In this document: piece by piece, positions 49,859-63,035 of the stretch
Numbering within the stretch: the stretch's first letter is position 1
Layout of the letters: each line of letters starts with the position of its first letter
Assembly: GCA_964016885.1 (NCBI GenBank)
Contig: OZ024745.1
Location: 74,276,001-74,340,000, forward strand
Reading direction: 5' to 3'
Length of the DNA stretch: 64,000 bases
Source: Eledone cirrhosa
Lineage: Eukaryota
Made by a program: the position numbers and the translations under genes
The notes under the pieces: generated by a model
Seen by the model: only the letters and a program-made list of their open reading frames with translations
Databases searched by the model: none
What the model was told of the DNA's origin: nothing

Positions 49859-51419
49859 TCCTGAAAAAATATGATGACAGTAGTTTTTCTTCTATTGAAT
49901 AAAATATGTAAAAAGAAATAACTTAACTGGTGACATGGTTCTAGATGATATCATAATGGGAAACATTTGAACAACAAAGCTGCTGTTCAAATACATCTTC
50001 ATCATCATCATCATTATCATTTTACGTCCGCTTTTCCCTTCAGTCTTTAAAAAATGTGGCACAGATATACATAAGTCATAAATTAAGTCAGTTAGTCAGC
50101 CAAAAAGTGCTCAGAATTGTGTATGCCTATATATATATATATATGTATGTATATATATAACCTATGTTAGCATGGAAGTTAGACATTAAACAATGATGAT
50201 GACATATATATATATCCTCATCATCATCATTTAACCTCTATTTTCCACATATATTGCACCTCTCAAAGGTGATGACACAGGACCATGATCTCTAGCCTTA
50301 TACAGTCGTACTGAAAACATGCCTTCCCATGTGCACGAGTTGAGGCATACATCTAGTATGCACCACCTTCCCCTCCATCCAGCCACAGAAACCAAGCCAT
50401 AATCAGTTCTGTGTGAGAAAGACATGGTAATCCGACCTAGCTTGTCTCACAACAGGACCGCTCATCTAACCCATGCTAGCATGGAAAATGGATGTCAAAC
50501 GGTGGTGATGATGATGACATGTATACACACACACTTAATGAAAATAATGTAGAACAGTGAATACTATTTAGTCACGCATCATTTAAGTCTTATTATCTTA
50601 TTAGTGCATTAGTACTCATACTATGATAAAATGCACTCAGTACACTCTATAAATTGGTTGGCATTAGGAAGAGTATTTAGTCATAGAACCCATGCCAAAA
50701 CTGGAATATATGAGCGAGCCATGGTCCTCCAATCCATTTTGTAGAGCAGTAATTCCAAATAAGAACTGATTTGTACTGTGAAAATCCTCCAACCCCCGCC
50801 AGCATGAAAAGCAGACATAAAATAATGATGATCATGATGATGAGTCCTCCTAATTTAGGATATTTTTTTCAAATCTCCCTCAAACTTTTTACCTGGAGTG
50901 ATACAAATCTTTAAAACGATTTTGAAATGATGAGACATAGAGTAAAAAATGTTGCTTATTATTATTTTTTCTTTTTTTTTTCAATATATTGATTTCTTCC
51001 TTTCTTATCTCCTAACAATGTTTTTAGTAAACATGTTTCTAATTTGATATTTGTATTGATTGAAGATAGCTATACTGCTATGTAATTTGATAACCATTTT
51101 CAATGGATATGACACATACACACAAACACATGCAACACTGAATTCTAAATAATATTCAAAATACAGTAAATTTACTATTTTATTTATTTTATTTGAATTT
51201 TAAGAAAATATATAAGTAGAAATTTTTTAGATTTAAAAACTCAAAACTCTGTCTTTACTGAATCCTTATAAGCTTCTATTGAATTAATACTGCAGTAAGG
51301 TTATGGTGATATTTTGAGCTACAGGCATGAAACATCCACATTATAGATACTTATTTATTTGGTATAATAAGATGACTACTCTTACAGTATGTTAACTAAA
51401 ATATAATTTACAAAAAAAA

Positions 51420-51597
51420 ACAGCAGGAGACCCAGGGGTAGACCCCTGAGCAAGATTGTTGGATAACATCCATGAGCTCGGATGGTCTCACTTGGGGATT
51501 CAGCCAGATCAATTGGAAACAGTTGCTTCTGACAGGGGAGTGTTTGAGGACTCTACTCTATCGACCCTCACAGGAATATGTGGCTGAAGAAGAAGAC
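51420..51597 (+). mobile_element. RTE-clade LINE 3' fragment with GAA tail
   Basis: CAGCAGGAGACCCAGGGGTAGACCC...GCTTCTGACAGG...GAAGAAGAAGA; same family as 59486. Confidence 0.8.
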
Positions 51598-53115
51598 TTT
51601 TCATGCTATATTTAGCGTAAAATGAAGTATGCAAACCTACTGGTTAAGGGGTTAAGTACGACAGTTTAAAAGCCAGAAACTCAAAACCTGGTATAATTAC
51701 ATTGCTTCATTACATTTTCACCTTCTTCATTTCTATCTATAAAACAGATACTGCTCCCACACTTCACAGTTGAGTGGTGAGGAAAGGTCAGTCAGTCATA
51801 AACATACTTCATTGATTCATATATAACACTGTTCAATGAGGATTATATATTTGAATCCACTGCCCATAATAATACTGTAGTTACTGTATGCCTAGTTTCT
51901 GAATAGAGGTTGGTAGTTAGTGGCTTAATTTCTTGCAGATCTGTGCAAGAGAGCATTAATCATGTTGACTATTGCTATGCATGTACACAGAAATGCATGG
52001 ATATTTGCATCTCTTCTTGACTGGGTGCACATTTTCTTATGTGTGTGTACGGGGGAGAGAGGGTGTGTTACAGACACATGCAAACAGATACATATATACA
52101 TATATTCCAGTGAAGAACTTCATAACCTCTCTAGGATTGGTGCTATGATAGAAAGCACCTAGTACATTCTGTAAAGGTGTTGATAATCAAATGGAGACAA
52201 TGTAAGGTAGAGAGGATTCTTCAGTTTTACCATGTACGTGACAATCTCTCCAGTACTGGTGTCATGATAAAATGCTCCCAATAAAGAGGTTGGCATTAAG
52301 AAGGACATCCACCTATAAAAACCATCCCAAAATATGGAAGTATGAACAAGATGTTGTCTCTCCAGTCCGTCTCAGCCTATAACCATCCATCCAACCCATG
52401 CCAGCTTGGTAAACAGACATTAAACGATGATGATGATGATGATAATTTCATTAAATATAACCCCCCAAATAAGATCACTTCAACCCCAAATTAGCTTGAA
52501 GAACCAAATAGAAATAAAGTTAACCATTGTGTAAGTGTTTGGGCAGAGGAATTGTTGCTGTGGTAGTTAAAGAATAAATATGCTCCAAGTATAAGAAGAG
52601 CAACACATTTTTTTTTCTTGTTTTCTTTGTTCCAAACATAATATTAACTCTTTTATTCTAGCAGTGATGTCATTTTATTTAATGCTTTCTGAACAAGCAG
52701 CCAAATAACAATGCACATGTTCTAAACTTTTCTCTTTCCGCCCTTCCTTCTGTCTTTCCTTCTTTCTTTCTCTCTTTCCTTCTTTGTTTCCTTCTTTCTT
52801 TCTCTCTTTCCTTCTTTGTTTCCTTCCTTTCTTTCCTTTTTTCTCCCTTTCTTTCCTTCTTTGTTGTTTTAATAAACTGCAACTACATCTTCTGAATACC
52901 TGAAACAGTTACAGCAATGTTCGGAATACAATATCAACCATTAATGACATTCAGTGCTTTCCTTCTTTCATTGAATATTGCAACTAAATATGTTAAATTC
53001 AAAGAAATTTAAAAAAAAAGAAATTTTATAAAACTATAGTTACAGTGGTTAAATTTATGTTTATAAATATATATATATATGTATACACACACACATACAT
53101 ACATGCATATACACA

Positions 53116-53157
<42 letters not shown>

Positions 53158-53510
53158 ATATTTTCATAATAATAATATAGATAATAATGATATTTTTCAC
53201 TGAGATTCCAGTACCACCATCTTAATATCATAAGCATAATGGTAATAAAATTCTAAAATATAGTGGAATTTTGCTATTCAGTTCAGGAAACCATTTTTTC
53301 AGTATTATATTATTATTTTTCAGGTAGCAATGAACATTTTTTTATAACTCATTTCTATTTTCCATGTATTTACATAAACAACATAAAAACAATGGATAAA
53401 ATCAACACAAACTAGCAAACAAAAGTGTTTACTCAAACCTACAAAGATTTTTTAAAGATTTTTGCTGAGCTGTCACAAATAATAATACCTACTATTAACT
53501 TTTAAAATAG

Positions 53511-53627
53511 CAAGATCGGAACGTCAGCAGCTCATCTGAGGAAGGAGCCCCGCGAGGTGGGGTGACTGTTCCAGCAGGTGTCACTGGCCATTGTCTGCAG
53601 GAATGCTTTTGCGGTCTTGTCCATTGA
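53511..53627 (+). CDS. Candidate (terminal?) exon of an unidentified host gene
   Basis: GC-rich, CpG-containing unique island after ACTATTAACTTTTAAAATAG. Phase 0 reads QDRNVSSSSEEGAPRGGVTVPAGVTGHCLQECFCGLVH*; phase 1 reads xRSERQQLI*. Frame and strand are not settled. Confidence 0.3.
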   Translation, partial: QDRNVSSSSEEGAPRGGVTVPAGVTGHCLQECFCGLVH

Positions 53628-54133
53628 GTGCAGCCCCAATACCCCCACACCCTAGGCCCAGTGCCCATCACCCTTCCCCTTTGCCCCTCCCATTCTTCTG
53701 TGACCCTAGAGCCCTTGCCTTTCCCTTCCTTTTCCATTTTCATAACCACAAATGACATTTTCATTTTTTACAAGAGTAAATTAGCTGGGGGTGGGGGTGA
53801 GTTCTCTCTCTCTTTTTTTTCTTTTTTATAATAAACTTAGGTCCATGGCCTTGTGGTTAGATTGTTGGACTCAGGATCATAAAGTCATGGGTTTGACTTG
53901 GATCAAGCTGTGAGCCAAATTGTGCATTGTGTTCTTGTGCGAAATACTTTATTACACATTGCTTCTTCTTCCAGGAGTTGCAACCAGTTGATAGCACCAG
54001 CAATGGAAAAAACCAATGGAAACATTGTTTCCTTGGTCTAATCATGTAAACTATCCATGAAGTTATTGTTTGCTTATCCTTAAAATAAAACAGACCATAA
54101 CATGAGCAAAACCAAAAATCAACTGTTACTATC

Positions 54134-54799
54134 CTTGGATATGTATAGTTACCATATATACTCAAATATAAACTGACACCTTATTTTATGTCTGAGAAAC
54201 AGGTAAAAATCCAGACCCTGTGTACAAGCTGAGGCAGCTAATCAACATATTATATTTAGATGGTGTGGTTTTGAAATTCTCATGGTATTTATGAAATTTA
54301 AATAATGTGTTATTTAAAATGTTTTAAGTGTCGTTTAGAGTATAGTTTTTCTTTCACAACTACATTATGTAATGATTGTTTACCAATTTCCAACCATTTT
54401 GAAGGCTATATTCATTCAAATCACATTAAAAAGAGTAGGAAAAACAAATTTCACCTCCAAAGTGAAAATAATTTAGCACCTCATTAACATAGAATTTGTA
54501 TATAGTGAAAATCGGCAGAATATAAGTCCTATTTTAACATCGATTTTTTTTTTTTTTTTTTTTTTTTTTTGTGTCATATTTCTCGGTCGAGTTTTTACCT
54601 TTCTTTATATATATAAACCCATGCTAATGTGGAAAATGGATATTAAAAGGTGATGATGATTATACAACCGTATGTGTTTGATGGCAGAGAGAAAAGAGTA
54701 CTTAGTACTAGAGTAGAGTTTTAATATTCAATTTTTTTTTAGCCTTAATAATGCATATATATATAACACCATATTTGCAGGCTGTCCCCAAATCAAATT
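54134..54799 (+). repeat. Copy 1 of a ~665-bp local inverted duplication
   Basis: Reverse complement of 57819-58485; the ORF track shows the same MCYLKCFKCRLEYSF peptide on opposite strands. Confidence 0.95.
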
Positions 54800-56354
54800 T
54801 TCTATTATCTATTTTTTTTTCTCTATCTCCTGTCTTCCATTCTGTTTAGGTTTAACATAATTCTGCAAATAACACCTGATGAAATCGCCTTGTTTTGCAT
54901 CATAATCAAATGATAGGGCTGGGCCATCAAACTAATTCACAGAATTAAAATTCTAAAGTAAATTTTCCAGTCCGGCCTTCTGTTGTTGTTTTAATGAATA
55001 CTTTACTCTGTTCCTGCACCAACCGCTGGATACCACATCCATGATGGATGATTTGCATAACCTTGAGTGCTTTGACTGATTTGTTGCATCATCGTTTACC
55101 AACCCGAACCACTGGTTCTACCTATTAGTAAATAGCTTAACATAAATCATATATATAATCACCATCATCATTGTTTAACATCCATTTTTCCAAGCTAGCA
55201 TAGGTTAGACAAGTTGTCCCATTGTGAAACAAGTCAGATCAGATGACTGTATCTTGCTCAAACAGAATTGTTTCTGGTTTGGTATCTATGATAGGATACA
55301 CTTTTTTATTATGGCACCAACATGACCACTTTACAGTATGGACCGGGTGCTGGGGGTGGGGAAGTTGCATGTATGTAGGGTGGAGATTGGAGCGGTATTT
55401 CTAGGATGGGGCACTTAGCTGGTAATGAGTGGAGTGTTAGGACATTGGAGATATGCCTACACATATTCACACCCAAATATACTGCGTATACACATCCATA
55501 TATGTGTGTGTGTATGTGTACATACACACAAGTACCATATATACACATTATTCCGCACACATGAAATAGAGAAGTTTGTCAGTTCTCAGATCTATTTGAA
55601 TTAAAATTCACCAAAGGAATATTTACTGTATACTTCATCAATGTAGATAGAGTGAAAACTAATCTATCTAACCATTGCCCATCTCTTTAACCTTTCTGGA
55701 TTGACTTTAGATTACTATTTTTGGTAATGAAATTCTCACAAGGGCAGTTTAGTTACGCATCCAATCTATTAAAGTATTCTCCATAAATAAATAATTTGTA
55801 TACTTTCCAACAAAATCCCTCACTAAATTCATCTTCTGAAGAGGAAGACTATGGTACTTAATCTATAATGTTATTTCACTCAAGGGGATACTTAAAACTA
55901 TTGAATAAGTCCTTTCTGATGTTGGGTTATAGGTAAAATATAATAGCTAATTTGAAATATTGATTCCTGTCTCTTTTAAAAACAGACCATTAATGGTGTA
56001 TATAATTGTTTTTCTACTTCAAATAGTTTGTAAGACTTAAATTATGACAACTTTGCTGGCTTACCAGCACTCACTTCTTCTGACTAAGACACAGATGCAT
56101 ATTTTGTTGTAGGCATGAAAATTTAATATTCTCTGACTTTAATTCTTAATTTCTTGATATCATCTCCCCTTTTCTTAGAGAATCACTAACCATTGCCCCT
56201 ATGATTTTGTTTTCTTTTGCCAACTAAGAGGCAAATTTAAAATCCTTTATTTTCCATCTACCTAATTTCACTCACAAAGCTTGGGTTGACTTGAGGCAAT
56301 GGTAAATATAGTTGCCAACTCAGCCATATATGTGCCCACTGCACACACATATAT

Positions 56355-56642
56355 CATCATCATCATCATCATCATCACTGTTTTACGTCCGTTCTTCCAC
56401 GCTAGCATGGGTTAGACGGGTTGTCCTGTTGTGGGCAGTGTCTGGTCGGCTGACCATGCTTTGCTCATACAGGAACTGATTTGGCTTGATTTCTACAGCT
56501 GGATGCCCTTCCTAACACCAACCTCATTTACAGTGAGTGCTGGGTGCTTTTTCGTGGCGCCTACACGTCCACTTTACAGTGTGGGCTGGGTGCTTTTTTG
56601 CCGTGGCACCTCCACGACCACCTTGCGGTGGGGGGTGTGGGG
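56355..56642 (-). mobile_element. SINE family C, young subfamily
   Basis: Near-identical to 63512-63785 and 63036-63325. Confidence 0.9.
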
Positions 56643-56939
56643 GCATATTGTCTATATATATATATGCTGGTGCCACAATAAAATGCACCCAATACATGCT
56701 GTAAAGTGTTAGTGTTGGTACCATGATAAAATGTATCCAGTACACTACGATTCAGTGTGACAAGGCTGATCCTTTGAAATACAAGTACATCTCATTTATA
56801 TATGTCATGTATGTATATATATGTTGTTTTGTTTCTTTTTTACTGTATAGTTAGAAAAGGAAAGTTAGCACCTATGAAGCTTTTCAGGGCTTCCAACCCA
56901 GAGTCGCCTGGTGTAATCCTCAGAAATGTAACCTAATAG

Positions 56940-57005
<66 letters not shown>

Positions 57006-57509
57006 ACCTCTCTCACACTCTCACCCTCTCACCCTCTCTCTCACTCACTCACCCTCTCTTTCACTCACCCACTCTCTCTCTCTCTCTCACTCACCCACTC
57101 TCTGTGTTTCTACATCATAGGTCCTAGAAGCCTACAAAAATCATGCACACCCCCTCCTCTAACTACTTTATATCAAAAAAGGTGAGGTGACCATATTGAA
57201 ATGTTACTATAAAAACAAACTCCAAACAGTGACTAGTTAAGAAGTGTGGCTCACTGCATGCATGTTCATTCATAACACAAAACATCAACACTTCACATGA
57301 AGCCTATAACTATTATTATAAAGAAAAAAACTTTTCATTGAAATGTCAACAGAGAAACGCCTAGTTGCTTCAAAATTTCAAATAATAGCTGTAATAACTG
57401 TCAACTATAGTATGTGTGAGTGCATACATAATGTGTAATACATATATAACATACTGTGCACATTTGTAATGTATATATATATATGTTTGTGTGTGTAGTA
57501 TATATATAT

Positions 57510-57770
57510 GTTTCATACACTTAATATGTATGTGCGACCATTGGTTTTGGAGTCCAGTTATGGCTACCAATGTATATTGGAATATTGGAGGAGGCTCTTC
57601 CAAGCTGACCCCCTCATCAAGCACAAGGACAAATAGGAACTTCCTTTTTTGTATATTTGACCCCATGCCAGATGATAGGTGAATTTAGAAGAACCTCCTC
57701 CAATATACAGTGGTGGCCTTAACTGGACCCCAAAACCAATGGTCACACGTACATATTAAGTGTATGAAAC
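57510..57770. mobile_element. Short fold-back element in a (TA)n tract
   Basis: Arms 57510-57603 and 57685-57770 are imperfect reverse complements; a related single arm lies at about 14836-14880. Confidence 0.75.
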
Positions 57771-57818
57771 TTTATACTATATATATATATATATATAAGC
57801 CTCTGGAGTTTCATGCCC

Positions 57819-58485
57819 AATTTGTTTTGGGGATAGCCTGCAAATATGGTGTTATATATATATGCATTTTATTAAGGCTAAAAAAAAAATTGAATATTAA
57901 AACTCTACTCTAGTACTAAGTACTCTTTTCTCTCTGCCATCAAACACATACGGTTGTATAATCATCATCATCACCTTTTAATGTCCATTTTCCACATTAG
58001 CATGGGTTTATATATATAAAGAAAGGTAAAAACTCGACCGAGAAATATGACACACACAAAAAAAAATTGATGTTAAAATAGGACTTATATTCTACCGATT
58101 TTCACTATATACAAATTCTATGTTAATGAAGTGCTAAATTATTTTCACTTTGGAGATGAATATTCCACTGGTTTCACTTTGGAGGTGAAATTTGTTTTTC
58201 CTACTCTTTTTAATGTGATTTGAATGAATATAGCCTTCAAAATGGTTGGAAATTGGTAAACAATCATTACATAATGTAGTTGTGAAAGAAAAACTATACT
58301 CTAAACGACACTTAAAACATTTTAAATAACACATTATTTAAATTTCAAAACCACACCATCTAAATATAATATGTTGATTAGCTGCCTCAGCTTGTACACA
58401 GGGACTGGATTTTTACCTGTTTCTCAGACATAAAATAAGGTGTCAGTTTATATTTGAGTATATATGGTAACTATACATATCCAAG
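57819..58485 (-). repeat. Copy 2 of the inverted duplication
   Basis: Reverse complement of 54134-54799, differing by a few substitutions and ~20-bp indels. Confidence 0.95.
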
Positions 58486-58632
58486 TGCATTACTGGTACT
58501 TTATTTTATCGACCCCGTAAGGATGAAAGGCAAAGTAAACCTCGGCAGGATTTGAACTCAGACCGTAAAGGGACGTAGCTATGCTGGAAAGCATGGCGCC
58601 CGACTCTCTCTACTGATACTGCCAATCCACTG

Positions 58633-58636
<4 letters not shown>
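58485..58636 (-). mobile_element. SINE family A lacking its 3' tail at the duplication breakpoint
   Basis: Head ...GCCAATCCACTGCCC and core are intact; the sequence stops at GTGCATTACTGG where duplicated DNA begins. Confidence 0.88.
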
Positions 58637-58689
<53 letters not shown>

Positions 58690-59485
58690 ATGATGTCTGA
58701 CTATTTATCCATCCCACTTTTTGTAATAAAATATTTTTTCATCACCATGGTAATTGAAAAAAAGCGATGTATTGTGTTTGCCAATAAAATGAAACTGTTC
58801 CAACTATATATAAAGCATTTTAATTTACTTCATTCACTAGTGTATAGTTTTCTGAGATATCAATCTGTTTCAGTTTTTCACACATTGACATGTGTATATC
58901 TGTCTGTTTGACAGTTCTCACATAGTGAGGGGGGGGGGGGGGGTTCACATCCAATGCAAATAGATTACATTTAGCTTGAGCTAGTGTTTGTTTTGATACA
59001 CAGTGAAAGACTTTTATTCTATAACCTGTCAATTGAATAGAAGTACATATTTTGTGACCAATGTATATATATATACATATATATATATATAACTCTACAT
59101 TTTTGTAACTTACTTAAAGGCCTAACTTGTCTCTACCTGTTTTATGTCCCAATGTGCACTGGAATGAATTGTCTCAACCTCAATTTACTGAAACCACAGT
59201 AATTTCCAGAGGTTGACTGAGATGGGACTGTCCGTCTTTTTGTTGATTTTTTTTTATTGTCTTTGTCCTCTGCACCCCCTTCCCTATTTTGAATTTATAT
59301 AATAAAGAAAGGTGTATTCCAAGTAGTAGTTGTTTGATGTATATCTAAACCAAGAGTCATTTAAGGACATTACTCAGAAAAGAAAATAGATTACATTATT
59401 GAAGAAGTCAACTTTGATATATATAAACCTTATAAATCACTGGGACTCCTAGGGGGAGTGTTTGAAATTTGAAAATGTGAGAATC

Positions 59486-60045
59486 CTAATTGCAGGAAAA
59501 AAAACTGTAATAACTATTCCAGCAGGACCTGTCAGAAGCAGCTATTTCCAACTGATCTGGCTGGATCCCCAAGCAAGACCAGCCAAGCTCATGGATGTTA
59601 TCCAACCATGTTGCTTGGGGTCTACCCCTGGGTCTCCTGCTGGTTTGTTTTGCCTCTAAAATCTGTCCAGCGATTCTTTCCTGGGACATTCTAAACACAT
59701 GCCCATAGTATCGGAGCTATGATCTCTCAATTTCGAGAAGTAGTGGCTCTACCTTGAGCAACTCTATGATCTCCAAGCTCTGCTCTCTATCAATTAATGT
59801 TACTCCAAACACCCTTTGGAGGAACCCCATTTCGGTTGCTTGTATTCGCGATTGTATTCTTTCGATCATTACCCAAGACTCATGACCATAGGTAAGGGTT
59901 AGCATTAATACTGAATTGAATATAGCGAGTTTGACTTTTACACCTACCTCCCTTCTTCTGATTACTAAATGCTGAAGCTGGCAAATTACTGCACCAGCTC
60001 CTGTAATTCTTGCACTTAATTCAGCCTCCTTTCTTCCATCATGAT
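59486..60045 (-). mobile_element. RTE-clade LINE, 3' part of RT ORF, decayed
   Basis: LTYGHESWVMIERIQSRIQATEMGFLQRVFGVT...VEPLLLEIERS*LRYYGHVFRMSQER...RRPRGRPQATWLDNI...DRSCW, the typical RTE C-terminal region, with a premature stop. Confidence 0.92.
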
Positions 60046-62149
60046 GTAGATAATTCTACATCCAAATATTTTCATGTATTATTGGAACAGTATTCTATCC
60101 CTAACCCAAACAACTCAACCTGTTTTCAATAGATGTGTTATCTGATTCTAACTAGATTGACTGAGAAAAATCAAAGAATGTGCTTTATCTAAGAATAGTA
60201 TCATAAATGATTGATTGAACCTGTTTTCTTTTTACATAGAATTTATGTCCAAACCAAACAGTGTTTAACTATCCTCTGTTTATTGTTATAACTACTTTTT
60301 CACTCTGTTGTCAATGTTCCCAAGTTCTATAGAGCAATTAAATTATAGCCCAATTATTACATATTGTTGAGTTGATATGTGCACTGTTTGATGCATACCC
60401 CTCCCACAATTGTAAGAACCTATTTCTCAATCTCATAACCTATCCACTGGGCTATATCAATGATATACAACTTACTAAATTAGCTTTTATTTTGAAAAGT
60501 TCTTCATGACCTTTGTACATTAATAGAGAGTATTGTATAATCAATATAATGATTCTTGTTCAATAAACTTAAGTTCTTGGACAAAGAAAAATAAAGAACT
60601 TCTAAGAAATTGTGATATCAGAAATATCTGATATCACAATGACACCTAAATATGAAACTGTCCACATGTCTACGTGGAAGCCATCACTGACTATTTAAAG
60701 GAATCCTGTTTTTAACAGTGGCTGTTTAAGCCCACCAGACATGTTTTTTGCAGGCCTTACAAGCAAAACTATATATGTACACATCAGTATGCAAAAGTGT
60801 AGTCTAATATAAAGCACTGTGTCTTTTTAATCCATCGATATATTTGTAGAACTTCCCACAATATTACACAATTGCCATGAACTTACTCTAGCCAGTCTTA
60901 AAAAGACATGATTGCAAATCTCACAGTTAAACAAACCTATCTACTACTTTCATTTCTGTTCCTTCAACTAAGCTAGATAATTTCAGGCAGGTTTCTGGGA
61001 GCAAAGTGGAACATTGCTAATTCTGAGTTCAAATAACTTACAAGATGCAGAAATATAATCCATAAGAATGTGCATATCTTCAGCAGTATCTGCATAAAGA
61101 CCTAAAAAATTGAAAGGCTTTCAAATTGAAAATACACGTTGACATTGACCAATGCTTCTATTTCACCATGAAATAATTTAATTATTGACATAAAGTGATT
61201 TAAACATACGCACATATTGTATGCACATGCATACATATATGTTGAATTGAACCCAGAACCATGTGGTTGCAAAGCAAACTTCTTAACCATGCCTGTACGT
61301 ATGTGCCCTATGTTTTAAGACAGTAAGTTGTGATTTAGCAATTTCCTCGGGTAATGAAAACAGAAAATAATAATTATAGTGGCATAAGAGGTAATGTTTA
61401 GGAAGCAATCAATATTTTCACAAGAACTTTTAAGTGAGATTCATAATGCATGACTTAAATTGAACCCATGTTGTCATAATATTGTTTTTAGCATCCTTTA
61501 CATTGTAGAAATTCTCACCATTGTGTCTCCACTACAAAATTATTAATGAACTAATATTTGTCAGAATTCCAGTGTATTGTAAAACTCTATTCAGATAATA
61601 CAATGAACAGTGATTAAGATATGATAGATACTAAAAGGCAGTAGGCAAGGCCACAATCATCAGTTATTGAACTGGACATCAAATGATAAATGTTAGGATT
61701 GTATACTAGCATAAGCTTGTCTATGACCAAATACTGTAAATACTTAAATAAATTGAGTCTTTTCTATTTAAAATGTATTCAAAACTTAAAAAATTAACTT
61801 ATGTATCAAGTCAGTTATAAAGAAACAACAAATGTCTATATGAGCAATATCAAAATTTTATCAAAAATTGCTGTATTTCATTATTAATTTCATTTCACAT
61901 TTCCATCAAGGTCATAATCTAATGGTATTAAAAAATTAAACACATATTATGAAATACAAAAGAAATACTGGTAAGTGTTTTTTATTGATGACATTTTGAT
62001 AGCATCAATTTCTATGTCAGAGCATGCTAATAAACTACAAGTAATGCCAATATTGAAAACCAATGGGCTTACACTTAATAGAGAAAAATATAAATTGATT
62101 CTCTAAGTATCATGTCTCTGAACAGACATGCCATGTTATTACACATAAT

Positions 62150-62328
62150 AATAATTGTTTCTACTTTTGGCACAAGGCCAGCAATTACCCAGTGCATTAC
62201 TGGTACTTTATTTTATTTGAAAAGCAAAGTTAACCTCAGCAGGATTTGAACTCAGATCATACAGGGAGGTAACTCTATGCTTCAAAGCATGGCGTCCAAC
62301 CCTCTACCGATACTGCCAATCCACCACC
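62150..62328 (-). mobile_element. SINE family A with internal core deletion
   Basis: Matches the 23067 copy but lacks about 15 bp of the core; imperfect TSD TTACACA(T/C)AATAATAAT. Confidence 0.88.
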
Positions 62329-62481
62329 TTTACACACAATAATAATGAATTAAGTCAATTGTTTTTGCTAGTTTGCAACTAAAATAGTAGAGGTGAAGAA
62401 TTGGCAGAGTTGTTAGAATGTCAGATAGAATGTTTTGTGGTATTCATTTCAGCTCTCTGCTCTATCAGTTCAAATCTTGCT

Positions 62482-62670
62482 CGGGGTCTACCCCTGGGTC
62501 TCCTACTGGTTGGATTTGTCCATAAAATCTGTCCAGTGATTCTTTCCTGAGACATTCTAACCACATGCTCATAGTATCAGAGCTGTGATTTCTCAATTCG
62601 AAGCAGCAGTGGCTCTACCTAGATTGACTCTCTGATCTCCAAGCTACACACTCTATCAAATATCGTTACG
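62482..62670 (-). mobile_element. RTE-clade LINE fragment
   Basis: Collinear with about 59617-59805. Confidence 0.82.
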
Positions 62671-63035
62671 CTAAGACAGTTAAACAAAAGTAGCAACACA
62701 GTTATTTGCAGCTGGCAAGGTGTGAGATAACAATTTTTGCTAAGGTTGTCATTGACATCATTATCATCTTTGCAGCAACTTTCTGCCTTAGACTTGTTAA
62801 GTTACACAGATGTAAATTTATTTTTGAACCATGAAAAAAATAGAATGGACTAAACTCTATTTTCTAGAAGCATTGAGTGGATATGTATTTATTGAAAATT
62901 AACTTAGTATAAATATACATTGAAGCTTCTATGAAAAATAGTCTAATGAATTGGGCATGAAAATCCAGAGGCTTCATCATCATCATCATTTTACGTCCGC
63001 TTTTCCCTGCTTGCAAGATATATATATATATATTT

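Noticed and set aside
54305-54487. Duplicated small Cys-containing gene (MCYLKCFKC...) on both strands
   Set aside because: It is a by-product of the inverted duplication; the C-termini diverge at an indel and no gene signals are present.
54876-54890. CTGATGA hits here and near 13577, 15851 and 22640
   Set aside because: No downstream stem II-GAAA-stem III-UH arrangement with a matching stem I.
55089-55121. Minus-strand exon VEPVVRVGKR* resembling an amidated neuropeptide end
   Set aside because: Only 10 codons, weak acceptor, no partner exon and no peptide family recognised; RNA-seq would be needed.
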